A stretch of DNA of 64,000 bases. Source: Janthinobacterium lividum (GTDB lineage Bacteria > Bacteroidota > Bacteroidia > Cytophagales > Hymenobacteraceae). Under the pieces are notes generated by a model, which saw nothing but the letters and a program-made list of their open reading frames with translations, was not told the DNA's origin and ran no database searches. Shown here one piece after another: positions 1-9,700 of this stretch. The translations under genes were made by a program, and so were the position numbers. The stretch lies in NCBI GenBank assembly GCA_050954465.1, contig JBPBPU010000005.1, positions 11,910 to 75,909 on the forward strand. The letters run 5' to 3'. Positions within the stretch are counted from its first letter, which is position 1. Every line of letters starts with the position of its first letter.

Positions 1-47
1 ACCGGAGAACCAACTCAATGAGTCAGTGAGGGCAGCAATAAATAAGG

Positions 48-1805
48 CTACTGCTCCGGCCGCAGCACCACGTACCCCTGCGCCGCAGCCTGCTCCTGGT
101 AGCCGGCGGGCAGCAGCCACTGGCGCAGCAGCTGATGGGCCGCCTGCCCCCGTTGCGCTGGGTGCACCACAAACACCGCCCCTGGGTAGCGCTGCCGAAA
201 CGCCAGCAGCTCGGCGGACGTGGGGGGCGGCAGCAGGACCAGCGAATCGGGGTGCTCCTGGGCAGTGAGCAGGGTACGCAGCACGGGCTCGTGGGCGAAG
301 GCGGCGAAGGTGGCAGCCGGCACCCGCGAGAGGTAGCCACCACGCAGGGCTTTGGCGTGGGTAGTTTGGTAGAACAGCTCGGCCGCGTCCATTTGGCCCA
401 CCTGATGGTAGCCATCGAGCAGTCCCAGCGGCACCGGAAATACTACCGGTGCAGCACTGGCGGCGGCCACGCGGTAGGCGGCCGGCACGTCGGTGGCCCG
501 AATAAGGGCGTAGGCATTGGGCTGAAACTCCAGCAGCACGCCCAGCGCGAGGGCCGCCGCTACGGCCCACTGCCGGGGGGCGGGCCAGCGCCGCAGCCAG
601 CCATCGAGGCCGATACTGGCGGCCAGCGGCAGCAGCAGTGAGGCCAGCAGCACGTAGCGCGCCGGGCAGCGAATATTGTTGAGAAACGGTACGAAATGCA
701 CCACACTGGTGGGCATGCGCAGCAAGTCCTTGCCGTGCCAGCGCAGTTCGGGCATAGTCAGTAGCACAAATAGCGCCACCAAAAACCAGAAGGGCCGGGC
801 ACCAGCCAGCGTGGCCGGGCGGGCTTCAGCCGAACTGCGCCAGGCAGCCAGGGCCAGGCCCAGCGCCAGCAGCGGCAGCAGGTAGCCCAGAAAGGTCACG
901 TTTTCCTCGGAGCCCGGATTGTGCAGGCGCGGGCTAAGCCAGAAGGCGCGGGTGGCCGCCGTGCTAAGCCAATAGCTGCTGAGGGGCGGCACGAGGTAGC
1001 CGCCCAAATCGCCGCCCCACCAGATGCCGGCTTTGTCATCGAGCCCGGCCAGGGCCAGCCCGCGCGAGGCGAAATGCCCCAGCGCGAACATCGCCACCAG
1101 CCCCGCCCACGCCGGCCAGCGCCGCCAGTTTAGCCTGCCCAGCCGCAGCCGCCACCACGCCGCGTAGCCCGCCGAAAACCACAGCAGCCCCGCCAGGGTG
1201 TAATAGTCGCTCAGCAGCGTAACCAGCAGCAGCGCCAGCGCCCCGGCCAGCGCCCGGCGGCTACGCACCTGCGGCCACTGCCCCTCCCCAAAACCCAGCG
1301 CCCGCAAGTATTCCAGCACATAGAACGGCACCGTGGCCGTGAGCAGTACGTGGTAGTGCGTGGGCCAGTGCGCCAGTTTGAAGGGCGTGAACGCGAACGC
1401 GAAGCCTACCAGCCCGCACAGCAGCGGCTGCTGCACCCAGCGCCCTGCCAGCCGCGCTGCCCCTACTCCGCTCAGTATGAAGCTCAGCAGCAGGCCCCCA
1501 TTCACAGCCCAGAACTCCTGGCGCAAGGCTAGGTTGAGAATGCCCAGCACCGGCGTGTAGGTGTGCAGCCAGAGGCTGGCGCCAGCCGGGTAAAGCAGCA
1601 GCGGTGTATAAAAGGGGTTGTGGCCGGCAGCGGCCTGCCGCTGAAAATTCCAGGCGTTCCAGATATACTGGTTGGCATCGCCGTGGGGAGTACCCAGAAA
1701 GGTGGTGCTCCACTCGCGGCCCAGCGGCCACGAATACCAGCCGAACAGCCCGGTATAAACCAGAGCCGCCAGCAGCAGCCACCGCCAGGTAAAGGAATTA
1801 GGCAT
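48..1805 (-). CDS. polytopic membrane protein, possibly GT-C/YfhO-like glycosyltransferase
   Basis: 585-aa ATG-initiated ORF. The N-terminal ~430 aa form a series of hydrophobic helices (WLLLAALVYTGLFGWYSW, LLLSFILSGVGAARLAG, FWFLVALFVLLTM) and the C-terminal ~150 aa look soluble. The family call is architectural inference only. Confidence 0.65.
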   Translation of the reverse strand: MPNSFTWRWLLLAALVYTGLFGWYSWPLGREWSTTFLGTPHGDANQYIWNAWNFQRQAAAGHNPFYTPLLLYPAGASLWLHTYTPVLGILNLALRQEFWAVNGGLLLSFILSGVGAARLAGRWVQQPLLCGLVGFAFAFTPFKLAHWPTHYHVLLTATVPFYVLEYLRALGFGEGQWPQVRSRRALAGALALLLVTLLSDYYTLAGLLWFSAGYAAWWRLRLGRLNWRRWPAWAGLVAMFALGHFASRGLALAGLDDKAGIWWGGDLGGYLVPPLSSYWLSTAATRAFWLSPRLHNPGSEENVTFLGYLLPLLALGLALAAWRSSAEARPATLAGARPFWFLVALFVLLTMPELRWHGKDLLRMPTSVVHFVPFLNNIRCPARYVLLASLLLPLAASIGLDGWLRRWPAPRQWAVAAALALGVLLEFQPNAYALIRATDVPAAYRVAAASAAPVVFPVPLGLLDGYHQVGQMDAAELFYQTTHAKALRGGYLSRVPAATFAAFAHEPVLRTLLTAQEHPDSLVLLPPPTSAELLAFRQRYPGAVFVVHPAQRGQAAHQLLRQWLLPAGYQEQAAAQGYVVLRPEQ

Positions 1806-1914
1806 TTCGGTGAGGTGAGAGGTGGTGGTTGCCTGGCACTGGCCCGCGCCAGGGGCTGGGCGAAGTTCGGGGCAAGCCTCTAACTTCGCCTGCCTTCACC
1901 TAATTCCTGATTCA

Positions 1915-2439
1915 ATGCTCCGCCCTTTCAATTTTCAGCAGTGGATAGCCGACCACCGCCACTTGCTCAAGCCGCCCGTAGGCAACCAACAGGTATTCAA
2001 GGACAACAAAGATTTTATTGTGATGGTAGTGGGCGGCCCCAATGCCCGCAAAGATTACCACGTAGATGAAGGCGAGGAGCTATTCTGGCAGCTCGAAGGC
2101 GACATGACCGTGAAAATTATCGAAGATGGCCGCCCGGTCGACATCGAGATAAAAGCCGGCGACATGTTTCTGCTGCCCGGCGGGGTGCCCCACTCGCCGC
2201 GCCGCCCGGCCGGCACCGTAGGCTTGGTGCTGGAACGCTACCGCACGGCTGGCGAGCTGGACGGCTTCCAATGGTACTGCGAAAACTGCGGCCATAAGCT
2301 CTACGAAGAGTATGCCGAGATTATCGACATCGTGGCCCAGCTGCCGCCCATCATGGACCGGTTTTGGGCTAACGACGACCTGCGTACGTGTAAGGTGTGC
2401 GGCACCTATATGGAAGCTCCGGCGAAGGTAGTGGCATAG
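1915..2439 (+). CDS. nbaC: 3-hydroxyanthranilate 3,4-dioxygenase (kynurenine pathway to quinolinate)
   Basis: Strong full-length resemblance to HAAO/NbaC. It has the cupin core DYHVDEGEELFWQLEGDM...GDMFLLPGGVPHSP and a C-terminal CxxC...CxxC (CENCGH, CKVCG). I chose the ATG at 1915 (MLRPFNFQQW) over the upstream alternative start of the track ORF at 1822. Confidence 0.9.
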   Translation: MLRPFNFQQWIADHRHLLKPPVGNQQVFKDNKDFIVMVVGGPNARKDYHVDEGEELFWQLEGDMTVKIIEDGRPVDIEIKAGDMFLLPGGVPHSPRRPAGTVGLVLERYRTAGELDGFQWYCENCGHKLYEEYAEIIDIVAQLPPIMDRFWANDDLRTCKVCGTYMEAPAKVVA

Positions 2440-2917
2440 CGCGGTGGCATGAAATCAAAGGTCGTTTTGCGGCTGCTGCCGGTGCTACTCTAGTCACATT
2501 TAGCTGGCACTGGCACAACTGGGGCTGCGGCTAGTCGTTTAGCTGCCGGCCGCTGGTGAGCGTGTAGCCGCTGCTGGCCCTGGTGCTGGCGGCCCAGCTA
2601 CCGTGCTGCAGGCTCAGGCCTGGCGCAGCGTGGCTGTGCGGGCACTGGTAATGGGCTGCATCGTGCTCAACCTCTGGCGAATATAGCAGTACATGGGCGG
2701 CATTCTGCAAGGCAACGACTACACGGCCGAGCTATATAAGCAGCGGTTTTTCTGGCGCAATTTCCCACCCGAGCCACCTAAGTAGTAGTGCGAGTGAAGG
2801 AGGTGCGTTGTGCTGGTATTCACCTCACAAAACCCCTCTTGAGGTTCCTACAAGCCGCTGGTGCAACGCAACCGGCCGGGCTTGGTCTATGTGCATCGGT
2901 TCCTTCACCACTTTCCT

Positions 2918-3754
2918 ATGCTTCGCTTCTGCCTCCTCACCTGGTTCGTTTTGCAAGCCGCTACCACCTGGGCCATCCGGCCGGTAGCCAACTGGTGGGC
3001 TAAGCCCGACACGCTGGGGCTAGCCTACCAGCCGCTAACCCTGACTACCCCCGACCACCTGCACCTGGCGGCGTGGCTCATTGCGCCCGCCGCCGCTGCC
3101 CCCAACCAACACACGACACTAGTGATAGCGGGCGGCGACGCCGGCAACATGGCTGGCTACCTCTACGAAGCTCGTGCCTTCACTTCGGCCGGGTACCAGG
3201 TGCTACTCTTCGACTACCGGGGCTTCGGGCACAGCGACGCTTACCCGCTGGACCTAGCCCGCTTGTACTACCAGGAGTTTGCCACTGACCTGCGCACTGC
3301 CCTGCGCGAAGCGCGGCGGCTCGCGCCCCGGCACCAGCGGGTGGGCATCCTGGGGTATTCGATGGGCAGCCTGCTGGGTGCCCAGGTGGCGGCTATTACC
3401 CGCTGCGATTTCCTCCTCACCGAAGGCTACGTGGGCAACCCCCAGGCCACCGTAGCGCGCATCTGGGCCAAGTCGCAGAAGCTGGTGACGCTCCCAGCCG
3501 AAGCGGCAGCCTACGCCCGGGTGGCACCCCACGTAAACTGCCCCTGGCTGCTCATCGCGGGCACCGAAGACCAGAAGACGCCGCTAGCCGACTCTGCAGC
3601 TGCCGTGCAAGCCGCCCGGCCCCGGCAGCGCCGGCAGCTACTATCCGTGAAATGCGACCACCTGGGCGCGGCAGAAGTTCTCACATCCCAGGAGTACGGC
3701 GATGCTTACGTGCAAGCCGTGAGCCGGTTTCTGGCCGGTGGGCAGGCTGGCTGA
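2918..3754 (+). CDS. secreted alpha/beta-fold hydrolase
   Basis: The ATG at 2918 gives a signal-like N-terminus (MLRFCLLTWFVLQAATTWA). Motifs seen: FDYRGFGHSD and the nucleophile elbow GYSMGS. Confidence 0.8.
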   Translation: MLRFCLLTWFVLQAATTWAIRPVANWWAKPDTLGLAYQPLTLTTPDHLHLAAWLIAPAAAAPNQHTTLVIAGGDAGNMAGYLYEARAFTSAGYQVLLFDYRGFGHSDAYPLDLARLYYQEFATDLRTALREARRLAPRHQRVGILGYSMGSLLGAQVAAITRCDFLLTEGYVGNPQATVARIWAKSQKLVTLPAEAAAYARVAPHVNCPWLLIAGTEDQKTPLADSAAAVQAARPRQRRQLLSVKCDHLGAAEVLTSQEYGDAYVQAVSRFLAGGQAG

Positions 3755-3786
3755 CCTACTTAGAACTTACGCATCCACTTCGTCAA

Positions 3787-3950
3787 CGTAGCCGCGAAGC
3801 GGCGGCATGTTGGTAGACACGAAGTAGTTAGGTAGTTTTCAGAGCTGCGAAGCTGCGGCACGTTTATTTCAACGATAAGTGCCGCAGCTCCGCAGCTCTA
3901 GGCTAGTCATCAAGCAGTTGCTACCAACATACCGCCGCTTTGCGGCTACG
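3787..3950. repeat. nested palindromic REP-like element (GTAGCCGCG head)
   Basis: Outer 30-bp arms 3787-3816 and 3921-3950 have 2 mismatches. Inner 21-bp arms 3841-3861 and 3879-3899 have 1 mismatch. The element generates the spurious upstream part of track ORF 3879-5591. Confidence 0.85.
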
Positions 3951-4046
3951 CTGACGAGCCGCTTGCGTAAGTCCTACTACTATGAGCTTTTTGCCTCCGG
4001 TATGCCGCCAAGCGCTGTAGAGGCGCGGCTTCGTAGTATTGCGGCT

Positions 4047-5591
4047 ATGCTTTTTCGTTGGATGCCGCTACGCGTTGCCTGCCTGGCGGCGGGGCTATTG
4101 GCCTACCTGCTGGCCCGGCCGGCTTATAGCCAGGCCCCGCTTGCCCAGCGCTTCACCCGCGCCCAGGTACTGAGCGACTTGCGGCTGTTCCAAGACATTC
4201 AAGAACGGGCGAATGCCGGCCTCTACACTCACCACCCGAAAGCGCAGCTTGATAGCGCCTTTGCCGCTGCCCAGGCGCAGGTAGCCGATTCCATGACGGT
4301 GCTGGCCGTGTACCGGCTGGTAGCCGGCGTTACCGATTTTGCCGGTAGCCTGCACAGCGATACGGTGCTGCCCGATGCAGTGACCAGGGCCCTGCACCAG
4401 CAGGTGGCCTTTTTTCCGTTGCCGGTTAAGTTTCTGGCGGGCACCGTGCTGCTGGACTACTCCCGGGCGGCGCTGCCCGTAGGTACTGAGCTGCTGGCCA
4501 TAAACGGCGTGGCAATACCCCAGCTTACGCGCCCGCTGGGCCGCTACTACACCACCGACGGCTACAACCAAACGGGCAAGCTGGCCGGCCTGAGCGAAAA
4601 TTTCGCGCAGTATTTCTACCTGGAGTATGGCCCGGCAGCGACGTTTGAGGTAGAGTACCGGCTGCCGGGCAGCCCTACCCGACAGGCCCAGCACTTTAGC
4701 GCCGCCTCGTATGCTACGCTGGACCAGCGGTACCGCTACCGCCATTCGGCGGCGCTGGACTCGGCGGCAACTCCGCCCGGCCCCTATGCCTACGGCTTCC
4801 GCGTGGCGGGGCCGGCCGCCGTGCTCACCCTGCGCACCTTCGATATCGGCGACAATGCCCACTCACCGGCCCACCAAGCTTACCGGCGCTTCCTGGATTC
4901 CTGTTTCACGGTTATCCGGGGTATGCCCGCCATCAGGGGGGTAGTGGTGGACGTGCGCGGCAATGGCGGCGGCACCGACCCGAATGACCTGTTAACGTTC
5001 AGCTACTTAGCCCAGCGGCCGTTTCGGGAGAATAAACAGGCCTTCGTGCTTTTCCACGCTATTCCGCACGCTCGCTACCTGCAAACCGACCACCGGGGCC
5101 CGCGCCGCTGGCTCGAAAAACGCCAGCTACGGCGCGAGTTGCAAGCCGAATTTGCCCTGGCTCCCGATGGGCGCTACTACCAGCGGGCCCAGGCTAACCC
5201 GCTCTACCAGCCCAGCCCGCTAAGCACCCGCAAGCCCGTGTACCTGCTCATCGATGGCCGGGTGGCTTCCGCTGCGTCCTTGTTCAGCGCCCTCGTGCGC
5301 GGCAACACGGCCGCAGTAGTCATCGGCGAAGAAACCATGGGGGGCTACTACGGGCACACGGGCCACACGCCGGTAGCGTATCGGCTGCCGGCTACGGGTA
5401 TCGTCACCAGGTTTTCGCTCGTCAGCTTGCAACAGGATGTGCCGGCCCGCGCCAGCCAGCCGCCCGGCCACGGCGTGCTGCCCGACTATTCCGTCACGCA
5501 GTCGCCCACCGATTTTATTGCCGGCCGCGACCCGCAGCTGGCGCTGGCCTTGAAGCTGCTGGCGGAGCGGGCGGCGGCTACGGGGAAGTAA
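4047..5591 (+). CDS. S41-family (tail-specific-like) serine peptidase
   Basis: Motifs seen: VVDVRGNGGGTDPNDL (S41 DxRxNxGG-like), LIDGRVASAASLFSAL (Ser-containing S41 motif) and IGEETMGG. The start is set at ATG 4047 (MLFRWMPLRVACLAAG, signal-like) because upstream codons lie inside the palindromic repeat. Confidence 0.75.
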   Translation: MLFRWMPLRVACLAAGLLAYLLARPAYSQAPLAQRFTRAQVLSDLRLFQDIQERANAGLYTHHPKAQLDSAFAAAQAQVADSMTVLAVYRLVAGVTDFAGSLHSDTVLPDAVTRALHQQVAFFPLPVKFLAGTVLLDYSRAALPVGTELLAINGVAIPQLTRPLGRYYTTDGYNQTGKLAGLSENFAQYFYLEYGPAATFEVEYRLPGSPTRQAQHFSAASYATLDQRYRYRHSAALDSAATPPGPYAYGFRVAGPAAVLTLRTFDIGDNAHSPAHQAYRRFLDSCFTVIRGMPAIRGVVVDVRGNGGGTDPNDLLTFSYLAQRPFRENKQAFVLFHAIPHARYLQTDHRGPRRWLEKRQLRRELQAEFALAPDGRYYQRAQANPLYQPSPLSTRKPVYLLIDGRVASAASLFSALVRGNTAAVVIGEETMGGYYGHTGHTPVAYRLPATGIVTRFSLVSLQQDVPARASQPPGHGVLPDYSVTQSPTDFIAGRDPQLALALKLLAERAAATGK

Positions 5592-5636
5592 TAGCCCACC
5601 CCGTGCTACGGTAAAGACGCCTGGTACCTTAGCCCG

Positions 5637-5978
5637 ATGAAACGCCCATTTATTACCGCGCTTTACCTGCTGCCTGGGCTACTACTACTGCCTGCAACGG
5701 CCCTGGCACACGGCGAGGAAATCCTGCTGACGCTGCTGATTCTGCCGGTTTCTTTGGTAGTTTTTCTACTGATAATTCTGGTAGTTCGCCTTCCTTATGG
5801 CATGAAGGGTATTCTGACAGCAGTCTTTTTGTTAGCAACGGCACTGACTTGGGCAACAATTCTTCCGCGCCCAACCAATTTCGAGTTTGATAACTGGCTG
5901 GTAGCGGGCGTTCCGGCCGCGAGCACCCTGGTAGCTTACGTGGTGGTCAGGGCCTGGCAGGCAATCCGCTCCAAATAA
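5637..5978 (+). CDS. small integral membrane protein (about 4 helices), unknown function
   Basis: 113-aa ORF, almost entirely hydrophobic helices (LLPGLLLLPATALA, LILPVSLVVFLLIILVV, LTAVFLLATALTWATIL). No recognisable family. Confidence 0.5.
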   Translation: MKRPFITALYLLPGLLLLPATALAHGEEILLTLLILPVSLVVFLLIILVVRLPYGMKGILTAVFLLATALTWATILPRPTNFEFDNWLVAGVPAASTLVAYVVVRAWQAIRSK

Positions 5979-5982
5979 CTCC

Positions 5983-6390
5983 CTACTGCTGCCGCGCATA
6001 CTGCCGCCCGGCCAACTCCTTATCCGGCTTAGGCACAGTTCCGGCGTGAGGCCGATAAAATCCTGGATGGTTAGCGATGGCGCCTGAAAGTCTTGCGCTT
6101 CGAGCGTACTCGCCACACCTATGCAGCGCCTTCTGGTGCGGCAGGCGGCCTGCTCACCTGGCATAGCATCCGCTAAATGCCAAGCAGCTTTCGGGCTACC
6201 AGGGAGTAGGCGTGGGGCTGGCCTTTGTCCGCGTCATCGTCGCCCACCGCTGCCTCGAAGTGGCGGCGCTGGTCGAGGATGTAGGCCAACATGACGCTGA
6301 TAAAGCCGGAGCCGATTTTGAAGCCAGCGGCGCGGGCGGCTCCTGGCAAAGGCAGTAGGCCGGTAAGGTGCGGCGGTGGCTCTGGTAACG
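5983..6390 (-). pseudogene. decayed 3' fragment of a HAD-superfamily hydrolase (paralog of 10426-11148)
   Basis: DNA aligns by eye with the 3' ~420 nt of the intact gene, from the shared stop context CTACTG.TGC.GCGCATACTGCC onward. Long identical runs are seen (GAGCGTACTCG, GGCGGCCTGCTC, CATCGTCGCCCACC, GAAGTGGCGGCGC, GTCGAGGATGTAGGC). It also has deletions and a frameshift: track ORF 5832-6164 matches ...GEQAA.R...C.GV.STL.A..FQAP... and then leaves the frame. The N-terminal DxD half is absent. Confidence 0.7.
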
Positions 6391-6399
6391 CGGGCGGCG

Positions 6400-6725
6400 G
6401 ACAGCCTTGTACTGAATAGTTTAATTTTCTGGTTGGTTATAGCTATTATAGGAACTTAAAAATAGTTTTTAAACGGAGAGGTTAAAAATTGTATTTATCC
6501 GTTAAATCTATTTATTAATGCCCAGGTTATTTATACCTTTATAAAACCGTATCAGAGGCATTAACATATTTCCTTTGATTCAAGTGTTCTTTATAATTAT
6601 TGCACTCGCAACTTATACTCTAACCGTTCACCGCAGTTTAGGTGCCCTGGCCAGCTATGTGTTTTTATAAACTCTGTGGCTAATAATACAATTCGTCGTG
6701 CTCCATCATTTATCTCCTTTTACAG
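6400..6725 (+). promoter_or_regulatory. strongly AT-rich leader/promoter region of the 1199-aa surface-protein gene
   Basis: About 320 bp, visibly far more AT-rich than the flanking DNA and without ORFs. It contains the 8-bp inverted repeat TTAATGCC (6515-6522) / GGCATTAA (6557-6564). I could not pin down an explicit promoter motif. Confidence 0.3.
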
Positions 6726-9700
6726 ATGAAAACGTTCTTGTCGCGTTGGCACAATGCGGGTCGGCTACTGCCGGCGCTGGCCTTCTTCCTGCTGCTGGGC
6801 AGCTTTGGCACCCTGCCAGCCTGGGCACAGAGCCCTACGCCGGGCCTGATTTTCAAGCCTGCCACCAGCGGCACACCGGGTAAGGCAGTGCTCGACCCCA
6901 ATGGTGACGGCTACGTGTCGGCCACGGCGGCCGGCTTCACCACGGTGGCCGGCGACCTGGGTTCGCAAAGTGAGATTCCCTACAAATACTTGCCCCAGCG
7001 CTCGCTGGAGCCAATGACCGACCTGCGGGTAGGCCCGAGCAACAAGTTCACCGATTTTGCCGACGTAACCGGCGGCGGCAGCTCCGTGGGCTTCTACGTC
7101 GATGCCAACAACAACTACCTGTTTCGCTTCCGGCTGGGAGGCGCCGCCCCCAATTCCAAGGGCTACAGCATTGCCATCGATACCGACAACAAATTCGGCT
7201 TCACGGGCCCCAATGCCGACCCCAATGCAGTGGCCCACAACCCCGGCTTCGAGATGGAAATTGAGCTGGCTACCAACTTCGGGGTGCGGCTCTTTAACAT
7301 CGATGGCACTACCAGCCCCACCGGCTCGGCCGCCGATGGCAGCCTGGTAGAGCTTCCCTACGCCTCGTATGCGCAAAAATCCATTGCCGTAACCACCAAC
7401 GGCGGCGATACGGATGTATTCTACGACTTTTATATCCCGCTCTCCATTATTCAGGGCGCTTTTGGCTCGCAGACGTTCTTTAATAGCACCGGTGCTACGG
7501 CCGTGCCGTTCTCGCTCACTACCTCGTTGCGCATGGTGGCCAACACCATCATTGCGCCGCATAGCGTGATGCAGTACCAAAATATCTCCGACGTAGGCGG
7601 CATAAACGATGCGAGCTATGCCAACCCCGATAATGCCTTTATAGAGTTGGTTACGGGGGCGGCTCCGACTAGTGGCGCGGCGGCCCCCACCACCACAGGC
7701 AATACCCTACCGGCGCGCTCGGCCGCCCCAGTGGTGAATTCGCCTATCCAGAGTGGGGCCACCTCGGTAAGTGGCACCTCGACGGAAGCTGCAGGCACCG
7801 TTATCACCGTATACGTCAACGGCTCGGCCCTGGGCACCACTACTACTGTGCAAAGCGGCGGCGCTTGGACGCTCACCGGCATCACGGCCCTGGCAAACGG
7901 GGCGCTCGTGAAAGCCACGGCCACCGCTACGGGCAAGACGGAGTCGCCGTTCTCAAACGAGGTGCAGGTGGCGGGCAGCACAGTGTGCGCCACGGCGGTC
8001 GTGGCCACGCCCACTTGTATAGACCCTAAAGGAGTTTATGGGCCAGCAACTCCGAACTATTGGGTTTACTTACGCAACCTAGATGGCTCGCTGGTAAGCA
8101 CCACCGGCCTCACCAGCGGCACCAAAAACCCGGTCCAGGCAAATGCCTCTGGCACGTATATACTTTCGGGCAGCGGCGGCTCAACTACTAACTGCGGCTC
8201 GGGGCAATCAGCGGGGCTGGCAGGGTCTTACCTCATTACCCAATCAGCCACCAACAATATCACTACCCCTGGCAGCAGCTGCGAGTCGGCAGGCACGCAG
8301 ATATGCGTAGGCACCTCCACTGCCGCGACGCCGGTAGTTACCACCGCCAAGCCTATTACGCCGAGCACCACCAGCCTTAGCGGAACGGCTACGGCGGGCG
8401 CTTCAGTACTGCTTTACGTTGATGGGGTTCGGTACAGCGCCGTGACGGCTACCGGCGGTAACTATACGTTCTCGACGGCCAGCTCGACGCTGCCTACCCT
8501 GACTGCTGGCCGCACCCTCGCCGTCTATGCGGCGGCGAACGGGACTTCCTGTATATCAGCCACAGCAGTTACGCTCAAAGTAGTGGCGGCCCGCACGGTG
8601 GTGCCGCCCGTGGTAAACGGGCCCATCACGGCGGGGGTTACCGTGGTTAGCGGCACTTCCAACGAAGCGGCTGGCTCGGTTATCACCCTGTCGCGGTTTG
8701 CCAATGCGACTGGTACGGCTCCGGCTGCCGCTACCTTCTCCGCTACGGTACTGGCCGACGGCACCTGGTCGGTGACGGTGCCCGCCACCGTGGCGGGCAA
8801 CAGCTTCAGTGCCACCGTTACGCCGGCCGACTACGGTACCAGTGCCGTTTCCAACGTAGTACCCGTGCAGGCCCCAGCCGCTACGCCCACCATTAGCGGC
8901 ACGTACACCGAAGGAGCCACTTCGGTAACGGGTACCGGCACGGCGGGCACTATCATCACGGTGTACGAAGATGGGGCGCCGCTGCTCGACGGCAGCGGCA
9001 ACGTGCTGACGGTGACGGTGCCCGCGGGCGGCACCTGGACGCTAGCGGGGCTCAGCAACGGCAGCGGGGTAAGCCCCAACACAGCCTACCTGAGTTTGTA
9101 CGCCGGCGGGGTGCTGACGGCCATCGCCACTACTGCCACCAACGCGCCCAGTGTGGTATCCAATGCCGCGACGGTGAGCTGCCCCACCGTAAACAACAAA
9201 ACGTTTGCTACCAGCCCCACCTGCCAGAATAATGCGGGCACCTTCACCGTCAGCAACGTAGACCCTGGTGTCATTTATACCCTGCAAGACGTTACCAGCG
9301 GCACCGCCGCCACTACGGGCACTTCGCAGGTGGGTACCGGCACCGGCACCAGTAGCCTGGCCATTCCGACTGCCATGCTCAGCACGCCCGGCACCTACCA
9401 AATCCGGCTGAATGCGTTTACGCTGGGGGCCACCAGCTGCCAGAGCACGTCGGCCACGACGGTGCCCCTGGTGGTGAACCCCCTGCCCGTAGACAAGAGC
9501 ACATCAGCCGACCAATCGAGCTTTTCGACCGCCAATACCGGCACGAACATCAACGTGGTAAGCTCGGAAACGGGGGTTACGTACCAGCTCCTCAAAACCA
9601 GCGTCACGCCCAATACGGCGGTGGGAACCAGCAAAACCGGTACCGGCAGCAACCTGGCTTTTCCTACCGGGCCCGTCACTTCCACGGCCACGTACGCGGT

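Noticed and set aside
2440-2860. A 420-bp ORF-poor gap containing short membrane-protein-like reading-frame pieces (MKSKVVLRLLPVLL*, ...ALVMGCIVLNLWRI*, MGGILQGNDYTAELYKQRFFWRNFPPEPPK*). It may be a decayed gene.
   Set aside because: The fragments are too short and have no recognisable family, so I cannot distinguish a pseudogene from chance frames. It is not reported as a feature.
5832-6164. A 110-aa ORF on the minus strand overlapping the small membrane-protein gene's 3' end.
   Set aside because: It is the longest surviving frame of the decayed HAD copy. It matches the intact paralog only up to a frameshift, so it is treated as part of the pseudogene rather than a separate CDS.
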